DNA from: Callorhinchus milii
Taxonomy: Eukaryota
Direction of reading: 5' to 3'
Assembly (NCBI RefSeq): GCF_018977255.1
Contig: NW_024704742.1
Coordinates: forward strand, 99,760,001 to 99,824,000
DNA length: 64,000 nt
Below the pieces are notes generated by a model that saw only the letters and a list, made by a program, of their open reading frames with translations, did no database searches and was not told the origin of the DNA. Made by a program: the position numbers and the translations under genes. This document shows positions 1 through 13,655 of this stretch, piece by piece. The number at the start of each line of letters is the position of its first letter. Within the stretch, counting starts at the first letter, position 1.

Positions 1-427
1 GTGTGACCATTACTTATGTGTTTGATGTACAAGGAGTTCAAATGTTATAGCTTTTGGAATACATTTGCCTCAATGCTCCTGATTTCATCTTCTATTGAGT
101 CAGTGTTTTCTTTGTATGAATACACCAATACCATTCTGTTTATTGCAAACAATTGTTTATACTCTGATTCCCCACCCTTCCCCCCTGCCACGAACATATC
201 CCGTTTACCAAAATAGGATAAAGTTTGGGCTTGAATAAATAATCAAATGCTTCATTCAGCAGATTTTGTGCAAGACAGTGAATGTGGATAAATTTGCACC
301 CAAATTAATCCTTGATTCGTTGAGCAATAGGTCCACAAAGCTACACAAATGTGTGTCTCTGTGTGTTTAATGAACATGTAATGCATCCAATGTGTATCTG
401 TGTGTAAAATTGATTATTCATGTTTGC

Positions 428-569
428 AGGACATTACTGTGGGCACATTGGCTGCTGCATTTACCCATAAAATATAGTCATTACACTTTACAGTGCATCC
501 TGTGAAACACTTTGAAACCTCCTCTTGATGCGAAAGATGATATATCAAATGTAAGGAATATTATTATTA
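428..569 (+). mobile_element. SINE 3' tail fragment
   Basis: Matches the tail of full SINE copies (ggacattactgtg...tatatcaaatgtaaggaatattattatt). Confidence 0.75.
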
Positions 570-1835
570 ACACATGGATTTCAGCCAGAAAATATGCTAT
601 TAATGTCACTTCAATTAATGAATGGCCACTACAATATCGTCCATCAAAATTATATTCTGCGATCGTGGGCAGCAGTGGCTATGGATCAGTTTTGTCAATA
701 GGATCTTTCCCTGGAAGGAGTTTACTTTATGTACAGTATGTACTGTACTAGTGCTTAAAAATATATAAATCTTCACATGTGGGAAAGAAACACAACATCT
801 ATTTTCTTAGTCTGAGATGAGGGGAAAAATCCAATTGAATGTCAAAAGATGACACCCAATGATTCAACTTATGTATTTTACAGAGCCTGCCCTCATACAT
901 GTATGTATTCCATTCCATGGTCTCTCAATGGACACTGTACATCCAGCACTTACTGGAGTTGCAAAAATGGGATGGAAACTAAGTCATCTCTTGTGAGAAA
1001 ATTGGAAGTAGGAAAAGTCTAAACCAGAGAAAACATGCCCACAGAACTCTACAAAACTAGTAAAGCCAATAGATCCCCTTGGGATCCCATTCCAAGTGGA
1101 CCTCTTCTTAACATGCCTGAAAGATCCCACCGGATTAGACGGACCCACAATAATCAGTCCTGCTTTCATACAACATTTTAGACCCTGCCCAGCACAAGCT
1201 AACACATACCTACCTGCAAGAGGACTTTAGAAAATGCTGGTGGTTTTCAGCCACATAGCTTAATGCAGGTGAATTCCCTTTAGCTGTTAACATAGAGATA
1301 CTCGCATTAAGCACTGCCACCAATTCAAGCAGCAATTGGATATCAATACCCTCTGGGATCTATTTCTTCATTTTGCTGTTGTACATTCACTTTTTATTCC
1401 AAATTCAATCCCATACAGAGAGCTTCTCAAAATGATACTGGTTCCTATCCATGCACTCCAGCACAGCTGATTTTGTTTAAAATAACACAGAAGAGATTTT
1501 ATTTTCATATTGTCACAGGACTTTACAGTTCTGTACAGCTCAATGGCATAGTGTGCTGTTTATCTAAAAATGCACAGTCACTCCACAAAATACACAGTCA
1601 CTCCAGTTTACAATTAACCCTGAAGCCCTTTAGGACATCCTGCCAACATCAAAGACGCTATACCAAACATAAGGATTACCATTGATTTTTATTGTCTACA
1701 GCAGTATTGCACTGTGTAACATAAATGCACAGAACTGGAAGTGTATTATACAATACCGTTCTTTATACTGAAGACCACATTGTGAATAAAAACAATCATT
1801 TAACAACAACTACTCTTGGGATCTCGTTCTTACAG

Positions 1836-2052
1836 TACCTTCGCCTTGCTCCCTCTCTTGCCTCCTTCAAGGCACGTCTCAAGATCCTCCTCTTCAACCA
1901 TGCCTTCGGTCACCTTCCTATCCCTACCCTCCCTGCCCTCCACCCCTCCTAATCCCAACCCCCTGCTCGGGTACAAATCTCTGAATGTCCAATGCTTTGG
2001 GATGTCCTCCCAACATGAGAGGTGCTAATCAAATGTAATTTGTTGTTGTTGC
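1836..2052 (+). mobile_element. L2 LINE 3' end fragment
   Basis: Encodes LRLAPSLASFKARLKILLF (L2 ORF2 C-terminus), then the 3' UTR and a (GTT)n tail. Confidence 0.85.
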
Positions 2053-2210
2053 TGGAAATTACTCAGGGGTTTATTTTGCAATATTTCTTAAGAAATTCCT
2101 GAATCTGCAACACTTCCAATTTCTTAATGAAGAAATCCCCTAAACTTGATCCCCACATCTGTTCCTTATGTTGGGATAATATTTGCTAAATATTTATAGT
2201 AAATAATAGT

Positions 2211-2625
2211 CGTCAGCCTGGCTCAGTGGTAGCACTCTCACCCCTGAGTCAGAAGGTTGTGGGTTCAACCCTATCGTCAAGACTTTGAATCATATAATCT
2301 ATTCTAACCCTCCAATGCAGTGCTGTTTGCTGTATTCTTGGAGATGCCAACCTTCGTATGAGACGTTAAACCAAAGTCCTGTCTGCCTGTTCAGATGTAC
2401 CTGGCACTTTCCGAAAAGAGAAGGGAGTTTCTCTCAGTGTCTTGGCAAACAATTACCCCAAATAAAATTGGTCATTTGCTGTTTGTGGGACATTGCTGTG
2501 TGCAAACTGACTTCTGCATTTTGCCCACAAATTACACAGTCACTCTTTACAGTATATCCTGTGAAATGCTTTGAGACGTCTCAATTATGTCAAAAGGCAC
2601 TATATCAAATACAAAGATTTTTTTT
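2211..2625 (+). mobile_element. Deu-domain SINE (SacSINE1/AmnSINE1-like)
   Basis: tRNA-like head (ggctcagtggtagcactct...ggttcaa), Deu-like core (gatgcc..ttcgtatgagacgttaaacc...gaagggagtttctc..gtgtcttggc), L2-type tail. Confidence 0.75.
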
Positions 2626-2860
2626 AACTTTAGTATATCTTCACCCTTCATCTATGTACAGCAAATCCCCACTGAACAACATACGTTGCCTTAACAACTG
2701 TAGTATCATATCACCGCTGAACAAGAGACTTAAACTGACCAATTTAACCAATCCATGACAATTGTAGCCATGACAACAGTAACAATGATTTGGTTTTGCT
2801 TTAAAAACCATCTATGATGTCAAAATTATTCACCACATCACCAGCACATAATAAATTTAT

Positions 2861-3210
2861 GAAGTCTCTTAGCGTAGTGGTTAGCGCACTCACCTTGCAA
2901 GCGAGAAGAGCCTGGTTTGATTCCCAGGCGGGACAAAACCTTAGGCTTCCTGATTGCACATTCCTCTGTTTACCGAGCAGTAGGGTAGGAACCCGATTAT
3001 TAGTTGATTGGCAGATTGCTTTCAGGGGGTAATAATCCCTTCAAAAAAAATGTGGTGACTTGTTCCACAGTTGTTTGTGGGACACTGCTGTGCACAATTT
3101 GCTTCGTCCACAAAATACAGTCAATCCACTTTACAATATATTTGGTGAAGCACTTTGAGATGTTTCAATAGTGTAATAAGGCGCTATATCAAATGCAAGG
3201 ATTATTATTG
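2861..3210 (+). mobile_element. tRNA-derived SINE, long (older) form
   Basis: A/B-box head, internal ctctgtttaccgagcagtagggtaggaacc segment, tail ...tatatcaaatgcaaggattattatt. Confidence 0.8.
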
Positions 3211-3449
3211 TTATATCGAGCCGTATCATTCCATTGAAATTTCTGTAGCTTGTATAATAATATTAATTATATGCTATTATATGGTTCCGCCAGCACCAGA
3301 CACCTGCACTGTCTCACAAAAGAAGCCATTCTTCTCCTATAGCACCTTTCAAGTCAGGAGGATGTTTCAAAGCTGTGAGTTGGCATAGCAAACATTCAGA
3401 CTTCATAATTACAAAACTCACTGAGAGATCCAGCAAAAGGGATAAGGTT

Positions 3450-3765
3450 AGTATAAATAGACTGTTCCCACTTTGTTGGGTCATCTGTAATCAGGGAACA
3501 CAAGTATAAGATAACAACCAGGGGAGAAGAGAATTTAGGAGGAACTTCTTCAAACAGAAGGTAGTGAGAATGTGCAGCTTGTTGCTTGAACCAGTGTTGA
3601 AGCAGATAGTATAGATGCAGAGAGGAAGCTAGACATACACAAGGGAGCAGGGAATAGAAGGGTATGGGACGGGGAAGGGAGTGGGTGGAGACTGATGTGG
3701 AATATAAACACTGACACAGACTGGTTGGGCGAAATAACCTGTTTCCATGATGTATAACCTTTTCA
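3450..3765 (+). mobile_element. CR1 LINE 3' fragment
   Basis: Decayed RRNFFKQKVVRM-like C-terminus and CR1-type 3' UTR (ctggttgggcgaaataacctgtttc). Confidence 0.7.
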
Positions 3766-4172
3766 TATCCTAAAGTTCTGTAGTGTGGTACTATTTATTT
3801 GTTTCTATATTTTTCTGACATGTGAAAAATCACATTGAATCTGGCAGTCATTGGCTTTAGCTGCCGATCCTGGGGAGGAAAATTGCAAAATATTATCCAG
3901 TTTTAAAATTCAGTGGTCTCTCATTTGTGTAGATTATTCCAGTCTAGGGAATAATTTTTGCTGTACTCAGTCCCAAGAACTGCCTCAGTTAATGCTCTGC
4001 AAACAGTGCACTTTAATAAAGCCTGTCACAGTGTTATCTCCTTGACTCATTTGCACTGTATATATGAGTGTATTTTGAAATTGCCAGTTCAGGAGGGAAC
4101 TGAAGCAGAGAGTAGAGCAGCCAATTAAAAGTTAAGAGCCTTTGCTCGCACTGGGAATATTTAGTGCCATTT

Positions 4173-5378
4173 ACAACAACAACAACAAGATTACATTTGT
4201 ATAGCGCCTTTCATGTCGGGAGGACGTCCCAAGGCGCTGGGCAGTGTACAGCATTTCAGACCTGAGCTGGGGTCAGGGTGGGGGGAGAAGGGAGGGGAGG
4301 GGAATGGGGGTGACTGATGGCATGGTCGAAGAGGAGGGTCTTGAGGTGGGACTTAAAGGAGGCTAAGAAGGGGGCGAGACGGAATGATTGGGGGATGGAA
4401 TTCCAGAGGTTGGGGGCAGAGTGGCTGAAGGCTCTCCCACCAATGGTGGGGCGGGTGGGTCAGGGGACGTGGAGCAGACCGGAGCCGGCTGAGCGGAAGA
4501 AGCGGGCGGGTTGGTAGGGGGTTAAGAGGTCGCAGAAGTAGGGTGGGGCGAGGCCATGGAGAGCTTTGTATGTGAGGACCAAGATCTTGAACTGGATCCT
4601 CTGAAGAATAGAGAGCCAATGGAGATGGGGTCACAGAGTTTGGTGTGGGAGAGGACACGGGCTGCAGTGTTCTGGATTATCTGCAGCCTGTGGAGGGAGG
4701 AGTTGGGAAGGCTGAAAAGCAGGGCATTTGCATAGTCGAGCAGTTGAGGGTTGAACAAGACACCTAAGTTGGTGACTGGCTTGGTGAGTTGTAGTGTGCA
4801 ACCATGGAGGTTGATGTTGCCAGAGCCTGAGGTGCTGAGGCGCTGGCGCGAGGCAATCAGGAGAGCCTCAGTCTTGTTCACATTCAACTGTAGGAAATTT
4901 GCCCTCATCCAGGACTTGATGTCCGACCGGCAGTCTGTCAGGACAACAGTGGTCCTGGAGTTGAGGGTAGAGGTAGAAAGATGGATGTCATCCGCATACA
5001 TGTGGAAGTTGACCCCATGTCTGCGGATGATGTCACCAAAGGGGAGCATATAGATATTAAAGAGGAGAGGGCCAAGGACAGAGCCCTGGGGGACGCCAGA
5101 CGTGACAGTGCAGGGGCTGGAGGAGAAACCGTTAGAGGCAACAAAGTGGAGATGGTGAGAGAGGTAAGATTTGATCCAGACAAGGGCAGGTCCGTGAAGA
5201 TTGAGTAAAGCGGAGAGGTGGTATATGAGGATGGAGTGGTCGACAGTGTCGAAGGCGCCAGAGAGGTCGAGGAGGACAAGGAGGCAGATGGAGCCCTGAT
5301 CACAGTTGTTCAGAGTGTCATTAGTGACTTTGACCAGAGCTGTTTCTGTGCTATGGATAGCGCGGAAGCCGGATTGAA
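4173..5378 (-). mobile_element. L2 LINE, 5'-truncated, RT region to 3' tail, with internal deletion
   Basis: ORF 4522-5385 contains [39 protein letters not shown]; (AAC)n tail at left end. Confidence 0.95.
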
Positions 5379-7202
5379 AAAGCATTTTTATGCTCTTTTG
5401 CCCTACCCATATAGTTTATTCCTTTTTAGATATCCATTTAAGTGCTCCAAGACTCTACCCTGCAAGAAAGGCACTGTATAAATACAAGTTGTTGTTGTTG
5501 ATCTAGTTCCCTTAGGAAAGCTAATATGGATTCTGACTCAACTGCTGGGCATTTCATACCCTAAAGAAAATAACTCTACTAACTTTCCCATTTACTGGTT
5601 TGCTAACTATCTTAAATTGATGCCCTCTCAGTACTTAGATTATCCCTTTATACTGAGATTTTCAATATGGTGGATATCCGCTTTGCAAACAGGGGAAAGT
5701 GTAAATATAAGCACGGTCGAAAAGGAAGATTTCTGCCGAAAGACAGTCTGCTGTTTTATTTGCCTATAGCTAGAGCAGCCTCTGGTTCCTTTTCCTGATC
5801 ACAAAGGTTAATGCTGTACAGCGTACATATATGGGCATGGCATGAGGAAGGATTGGGTCGTCTGTGATACTGTCTTATGGTAAAACAACAACAACAGCAA
5901 AATTGCATTTATACAGCACTTTTCACGTTGGTAGGAAATCCTAAGACACTGCCTACAAGGCTCACTGATTCAATCTCACACATCAATAATAGCCATTCGG
6001 TTGAAGTATTGAAAGGCAGCTACCTTGCAGGTGAAATGTACCTTGCAGCACCTGTACTTCAACATGACCCAATGATAACTGTGACAAGGGAAGCCGATCG
6101 GCAGTAAGTCATGGAACTAATGAACTGAAACACGTGACCTGCTGGTTGGGAATCAAACACTGAAGTGTTGTGGGTTCAAATTCAAGTCACACCAGAAACT
6201 TTCAGTATTTTGTGTCAGAGCTGCTACTGAGAAGTCAAAACGATCGTAGACAGTAATGGGGAAGGGAATTGGGTTTTAATGAACAATAAGCACATTTAGT
6301 GTAATAGTAATGCAAAGAAAATGATCTGGGTCTCAGCACTTGAATATCTGCTGCAACACTTGATTTTGCTTTGTATCATCTGAATGCTTGAATACAGATG
6401 GTAATACAATCCATTAGCTCAACTACAATGTTCAGTATTTTAGTATGACCTTTAGGATACATAGCAAATACTGTGTCTTACATCTCACAGAGGGTAACTA
6501 CAATTATTTACTGGCGCAATACATGGGGATAGGAGGGAGGGATTGAAGTAAGGAGAGGGACTAAGGTTGGTGGATACCACCTGTTCTCCCATTGGTTTCA
6601 CCATTACTTTCTTTCTCTTGCTGATGAAACCAAAATTCCTTTGGGAAAGCAACCACAGTATTATATCACGACGCAAATCAATTGGAAATCAAATTGGTGT
6701 ACAATCAACTAAATAAGGATTGTTCTGAGTGTTTCTTTTTTTGAAAAAGCTGGATTCCAGCCAGGTCAGATATATGCTTGGGACCTGAATTTGATTATTT
6801 GAAGGATTAGTTCTGAACCAAAAAGCAAAAAATCTTAATCCTAAACTTTGATCTAGTCAGGAAAATCCAAGTTTTATACTTGACATGCAATATGTGCTGT
6901 GGAGGCTATTCTTAATTTTTTTTCTATGTGATGGTAATAGCATGTCAAATCAGTTTACATGGCTTCACGCTTCCCTGCCATCTTGTGCTAACAGCAGATA
7001 GAATAGAGCTAGGTAACTTTTTCTTTAAATGCTACATTTACAGCTTGCATGCACATTTCATCTGGTCCACACATGATTATTCAGTGGCAACATACTGAAA
7101 GTATTGTTGTAAATGAGAACAGTATGTTTTTTTTAAACTTATCACAGTGACTACACTTAACATTTAACACTTTGAGATATCCAATTACCCACAATCTCCC
7201 TG

Positions 7203-7585
7203 ACAACAACAACAACAACAAATTGCATTTATATAACGCCTTTCATGTCAAGAAGATGTCTCAAGGCACTGGACAATGAGAGGTTTGAAGATGACTGAAA
7301 GCATGGTCAAAAAGGAAGATCTTGAGACGGGCTTTGAAGGAGGCAAGGGAGGGGTCAAGGTGGAGGGTGGAGGTAAAAAGGCTGAAGGCCCAACTGCTGA
7401 TAGTGGAGCAGGTAGGGCGGGAGACGTGGAGCAGGCCAGTGCCTGCAAAGCGGAGGGAGCAAACAAGTTAGTGAAGTTTTAATAGGTTGCAGAGGTAGGG
7501 AGGAGCAAGACTGTGGAGGGTGGACAAGGATCTTGAACTCGATCCTCTGGGAGATGGGGAGCCAGTGAAGTTGGGCAAGGATTGG
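7203..7585 (-). mobile_element. L2 3' fragment (decayed)
   Basis: (AAC)n tail; homology to the 3' end of other L2 copies. Confidence 0.8.
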
Positions 7586-8188
7586 CTTGCTGCAAAGGCA
7601 CTATATCAAATGCAAGATTATTATTATTAATTAGTACATGATGTGGGAGATCCAGAATTGGACGCAGAGTTTGAGAGGGAAAAAAATAAGAGAAATCAGC
7701 GTTAACAAATGCCTTGAGCTGATTCAGGTGATTGAAAATGACACTACAGGACCTTTAAGGGTGCAAAATGGAAATGATTTGGGTGTGATTATTAGCACTG
7801 TATCTTTTCTTCTGAAATCTTTGAAAATTTTCACAATGTATGCACAGTCAGCAAAAATAAATTTGATGCAGCCCTAAAATGATTCGCTACAATTACTCTA
7901 CAGCCTCGAGTTCACATAATGTTTGAAAGTGCAATGTATTTTCAATCGTTTCTCTTACTGAATGGGTCTCTGAGTGAAATTGGTGCAGTCGTCCTATCAA
8001 AGCAAGTCTGAGTTCTTGAAATAGTACTACTACTAACTGTGACTGCTAAGGGTAATATAGCAGTCATTGTTGAGAAAGCTTTCTGATGGAGCCACTACTT
8101 TTTCTCTTGTCTCTGTACTCTCACCAACCCCAATGGGCTGACTGCTGATGGTGAGGTGGCCTGGCAGGGGAAATGGAGCAGGCTACAT

Positions 8189-8289
8189 CTGTTAATACTA
8201 TCACGAAGGGCTGCAAGACAGAGATCAGGGTAGAGGGGGCTGTTGTAGAGGTAAATCAGATAAATGAGAATGTAAAATGTAAACCCAGA
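8189..8289. repeat. Left arm of ~100-bp inverted duplication (partner 9527-9626)
   Basis: Reverse complement of 9527-9626 with one substitution and one 1-nt indel. Confidence 0.9.
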
Positions 8290-8290
8290 T

Positions 8291-8462
8291 ATAGGTCGCA
8301 GAAGTAGGAAGGAGCAAAGCCGTGGAGGGTCTTGAAGATGAGGATGAAGATTTTGTGATGGGGTCACGGAGCCTGGTGCGGTAGAGGCTGTACAGTTCTG
8401 TTTGATCTGCAGCCTGTGGAGGAAAAAGTTGGGAAGGCTGACAAGCAAGGAGTTGGTGTATT
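8291..8462 (-). mobile_element. L2 internal fragment
   Basis: LLVSLPNFFLHRLQIKQN resembles L2 LLAGLP..SLHRLQIIQN. Confidence 0.7.
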
Positions 8463-8611
8463 AAATACACACACACACACACACAGTTCTAGCATAGCAA
8501 CCTTCAAGTTACAAATTATTAGAACTACAGTGGATGTTATAGGAACTGTATCAGAAGCAAAGATTGTATGTTTTTATTTTTGTTTCTAATTTTTGTTTCG
8601 AATTTTTGTTT

Positions 8612-9040
8612 TGAATTCAAGATCCTCATCCTCACCTACAAGGCCATTCACGGCTTTACTCCCTCCTACCTCTATGACCTACTATCCCCCTACCTACTTG
8701 CCCGTACCCTCTGTTCCTCTGGCTCCGGTCTGGTCCACATCCCCCGCCCCAACCGCCCTACCATCGGTGGCCGGGCCTTCAGCCTCTCAGCCCCGAGGCT
8801 CTGAAACTCTATCCCCCAGTGCCTTCGCCGCCTCCTCCCTTTCCTCCTTCAAGGCCGGTCTCAAGACCTTTCTCTTTGACCGTGCCTTCAGCTCCCCTCT
8901 CTTGCTCCCTCCCTTCCCTGCCCTCACCCTGACCATTTCCCCCCTGCTCGGGTCCTGACCCTACTGTCCAGCGCCTTGGGACGTCCTCCCGACGTGAAAG
9001 GCGCTCAATAAATGGAATCTTGTTGTTGTTGTTGCTGTTG
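8612..9040 (+). mobile_element. Young L2 3' fragment
   Basis: Nearly identical to 13212-13655; FKILILTYKAIHG...TIGGRAFS; (GTT)n tail. Confidence 0.92.
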
Positions 9041-9059
9041 TTTCTGGATATTATCCTCA

Positions 9060-9394
9060 ATGCTTCCGACCTGCTCAACCCCCAATCCACAACCCGCTGC
9101 CTCCGCTTCACTGGCTCCGGCCTTCTGCGTGTCTCTTGTGCCCTCTGTTCCACCATTGCTGGCCGCGTTTTCAGCCACTATGCCCTGAAACTCTGGAGCT
9201 CTCTTCCTCTATGCTTCTGTCTTGGCCCTTCCTTCCTCATTTTCAGATCGTGCCCGAAAACCTTCCTATTCAACTGTGCCTACAGTCACCTCCCCCTACC
9301 CACAGCTCAACTTCATGTTCTGCCACTGTCAAGTGCTCTGGGACACTACCCTGTTTAAGGGGCACTATATAAATGCAAGTTGTTGTTGTTGTTG
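9060..9394 (+). mobile_element. Older L2 3' fragment
   Basis: RCLRFTGSGLLRV...GRVFSHYALKLWSSLP; (GTT)n tail. Confidence 0.85.
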
Positions 9395-9526
9395 TGTATT
9401 ATAAATACTTCCTGATGTATTGTCCTCTGTGCATTAGAAATACTTCCTGGTGTCCATCTTATAATTATATCAACCTTGATCCTGTGTCCTCTTGTGCTGC
9501 TGCCTTGGTATATCCTAAAATATTGT

Positions 9527-9626
9527 TCTGGGTTTACATTTTACATTCTCATTTATCTGATTTACCTCTATAACAGCCCCTCTACCCTGATCTCTGTCTT
9601 GCAGCCCTTCGTGATAGTATTAACAG
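9527..9626. repeat. Right arm of inverted duplication (partner 8189-8289)
   Basis: tctgggtttacattttacattctc...gtgatagtattaacag is the reverse complement of the left arm. Confidence 0.9.
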
Positions 9627-10955
9627 CTACAATTGAGAACTTAGCAGTGTGAGTAAATCAAGGGCACAAAACCTTATCTACTCAGAATCTGGGTGCTCCA
9701 ATTTGTTGCTCGCATTTAATTACTATGTCCACTGAAATTTGATCTGCACTCTTTTGATCCAATTCAGATTTAAAGTAAATGACAGGAACAAAAAGAGAAA
9801 GAATGTTTACCTGAGACGAGAAATAGGCTGGAAAGGAACTCAAATAGTTCATGGGTGAGTCTTGCTAACCAGAACACGTCAAATAAACAAGTGTCTCTGC
9901 CAGGAGTGACAGCACTACAGCAGAAAGGTAGCCAAAAACAGCATGTCATCTCAGCATAGTAGAGAGGCTTTCATTTTTGGCTTGAAAAGGATGTTGTCAA
10001 GATCATTCCGCAGACTTGGCAGAAGCTTTCCAGTGGAGAATTTACTGCACTAACATACAAAGCACTGGGGATCCATGTACAGACAAACAGACTGCAGCTA
10101 AGTGGACTGTCTCACTTGGAATGAGTTCAGCACTTCTGTTATTTAGTTGTCAACGGTGGATTTCATTTGATTTATACATTTTCAACATTCTGTTTAGGAT
10201 GTTGCCAATGAGCGAGAGCGATTTGCTAGAGTAACAACCAGCCTTGTGTATTATCTGCTCTCATAAAAAGGGGTTAAAAAGTGCTATTTATAGAAATGTA
10301 CAGCACAGAAGAAGGTCATTTGGCCCATTGCGTCCATGGACCACTGTGATGTGATAATTATATCTGGGATGTGATATCACATTGCTGTTTACTGTACTGT
10401 TTTACTGCAATTTAAAATGTTCTAAGAATTTCCCCCTTAAAAAACGCAAACTCATAAAAGGGCAGAGCCAATATGTCCAGCGTTTGAGAACTTCCCATGA
10501 TCCAAGCTCCAAAATAAGAGCAGAAACAACATTGCTTCATGCACAACCCCTTCTAAAGTGAAACCTTTGGCAGGAGCTGAAGTGCTTAGAATTATTTTCA
10601 ACAGCATATTGCTGTTCAGCACTCAAAAAGCTGTAAGCTGAATTTTTCCAAAATAAAGCACTTCATACAAGTATGATACAAAATAAATGAGAATATTTTG
10701 AAAGTGTTTGAAATTAAGACTATTTTATTTTTGGTTGCTAGAGTCCCACATTATTATTCACCATCTATCATTGTCAGTCCACATTATTAGTCAGTCCGTT
10801 GTTCAGTGTTTGTGCTAAAGAATGGTTCGACTATGGCTTCTCATACTGTTTCAGTTACCATAGTCTGATCATCCTGAGGGTGGGATAAACTCTAACCTAT
10901 CCATATTTTTGGAATTGGTCTCTTTGAATCAATCTGTACTTAATTACTGGCAGGA

Positions 10956-11321
10956 GTCAGCCTGGCTCAGTTGATAGCATTCTCACTTCTGGTTTAGAAG
11001 ATTCAAGGCCAACACTGGGGCTTTGAGCTCATAGTTCAGGCTGACTATGCAGTACTGAGGGAACTGTCAGAGGTGCTATCCATCAGATAAGACATAACCC
11101 GTCTCATCTGCCTGTTCAGAGAAGGGAGTTTCTCCTCGTGTCCAGGCCAACAATCCCCCAGATAAGATTGATCATTTATCTCATGGCTGTATGTTGGACA
11201 TTGCTGTGCGCAAATTGGCCACCCTGTTGGCCTACAAATACACAGCTACTGTTTACTGAAACTTTGGATGCACTTTGAGGCATTATAGGCACGGTGTCAA
11301 ATACAAGAATTATTATTATTA
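10956..11321 (+). mobile_element. Deu-domain SINE
   Basis: gtcagcctggctcagttgatagcattctc head, Deu-like core, (ATT)n tail. Confidence 0.7.
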
Positions 11322-12070
11322 TCTCCACCCACTTCACAAAACTTGTGACAGATGCCTTTCAAATTCTCTGACAAACCTACCTACATTGTTCAAAGGATTA
11401 AACCCACACTATGGATTTAGTGATCTGCAACATGGAATTAAAAATGTAAGCTTTGCCCAATGCAGCTTTGTTTCCTTTTTGCACCATATGTCAATGTTAG
11501 GTACTTCCAGCTCAGATATAGTTATGGGTTATATTCATATTAGTTTCCTCTACACTGCTTCAGTCCCATCTGCTTGTTCAGGTGCACGTTAAAGATCGCA
11601 TGGCACCATATTTCGCCCATAAAATACACAATCAATCCACTTTACTGTATATTCTGTGAAGCGCTTTGAGACATTTCAGCAATATGATAAGGCGCTATAT
11701 TAAATGCAAGGATTATTATTATAATGGACTTCAACCAACCCCTCCCCAACCTCAGCTGCTCATTTGAACCTCTCCACTGGTGCACCAATGTGGCATCTCT
11801 ATCTGCCACAACTTTTGTTGAAGTGACTCCTCTCTGTGAAATCACACAGCGATAAGTGATTTATGAGCAATTAGATTCCTAGCTGCACAGAGCTGGAATG
11901 CTGCCAAACCAATTTTATTTAGAACTTTAACATTTGACAAGAGAATGTGTTTTGGTTTCGGGCTAGAAGTCCAAAGTGTCCCTAACTGCACTGATGATGC
12001 TAAAATGTAAACCTCCTAACTCAAGCTGTTGTGCGTGCTCCTGGATCACTAAGTTACACGTACATCACAG

Positions 12071-13655
12071 ACATCGTCAACCTGTCCCTCTCCTCTGGCT
12101 CTATTCCCATTCCCTTAAAAACTGCCACCATCACTCCCACCTTAAAAAAACCCTCCCTTGATGCGTCGCAGCTATCAAGCTACCGGCCCATCTCCAACCT
12201 CCCCTTCCTGTCCAAGTTCCTGGAACGAGTTGTCGCCTCCCAGCTGCGCTCTTTCCTCTCCAACCATTCACTATTCAAACCCCTTCAGTCGGGTTTCCGT
12301 GCTTCCCATAGCACAGAAACTGCCCTGGTCAAGGTCACCAATGACATCCTGACCATCTGTGACCAGGGCTCCCTCTGCCTCCTCGACCTATCGGCAGCAT
12401 TCGATACGGTCGACCACGCTATCCTTCCCCACCGCCTGTCCTCCCACCTAAACCTTCAAGGCCCTGTCCTTGAGTGGTTTAGGTCGTACCTCTCCCAACG
12501 TCTCCACTTTGTCTCCACAAATGGTTTTTCCTCCGGCCCCCGCACTGTCTCGTGCGGTGTCCCTCAAGGCTCTGTCCTCGGTCCCCTCCTCTTCACCCTC
12601 TATATGCTCCCCCTTGGTGACATCATCCGCAGACATGGGGTTAACTTCCACATGTATGCGGATGACACCCAACTCTACCTTTCCTCCTCTACCCTCAACT
12701 CCACGACCACCGATGTCCTGACAGCTGCCTGTCCGACATCGAGTCCTGGACGAGAGATAACTTTCTCCAGCTCAACGTGCGCAAAACTGAGGCCCTCCTG
12801 ATTGGCTCACGTCAGCGCCTCCGCACCTCAGGCGCTGACAGCATCAGCATCCAAGGCTGCACTCTCCACCTCTCAAAGCCAGTCAGGAACCTCGGGGTTC
12901 TGTTCGACCCTGAGCTGTCCTTTCTCCCTCATATCCACGCCACAACTGGCACCGCCTTCCATCACCTCCGGAATGTCGCCAGACTATGGCACTACCTCAC
13001 CCCTCACGCTGCTGAAACTCTGGTCCATGCCTTTGTCACCTCAAGGCTGGACTATGGGAACTCTCTCCTCGCCGGCCTTCCCGGCACCTCCCTCCACAAG
13101 CTGCAGGTCATTCAGAACTCTGCAGCTCGTGTACTGTCCCGCACCAGGCTTCGGGACCACATCACTCCCACCCTCGCTCGCCTCCACTGGCTCCCCATCC
13201 CCCAGAGGATCGAATTCAAGATACTCACCCTCACCTACAAGACCATTCACGGCCTTGCTCCCTCCTACCTCTCCGACCTACTATCCCCCTATCTACCTGC
13301 CCGTACCCTCCGTTCCTCTGGCTCCGGTCTGCTCCACATCCCCCCCCCCCAACCGCCCTACCATCGATGGCCGGGCCTTCAGCCTCTCAGCCCCGAGGCT
13401 CTGGAACTCTATCCCCCAGTGCCTTCGCCGCCTCCTCCCTTTCCTCCTTCAAGGCCGGTCTCAAGACGTTTCTCTTTGACTGTGCCTTCAGCTCCCCTCT
13501 CGACTCTCTACCCCCTCCTCGCTCCCTCCCTTCCCTCCCCTCCCCCTGACCATTTCCCCCCTGCTCGGGTCCTGACCCAACTGTACAGCGCCTTGGGACG
13601 TCCTCCCGACGTGAAAGGCACTCAATAAATGGAATCTTGTTGTTGTTGTTGTTGT
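12071..13655 (+). mobile_element. Young L2 LINE, 5'-truncated, ORF2 RT pseudogene
   Basis: [56 protein letters not shown]; frameshifts near 12720 and in the C-run near 13340; (GTT)n tail. Confidence 0.97.

Noticed and set aside
12031..13628. Long ORFs as a host or domesticated gene
   Set aside because: 5'-truncated, frameshifted L2 ORF2 with an intact L2 tail; the other-frame and antisense ORFs are by-products
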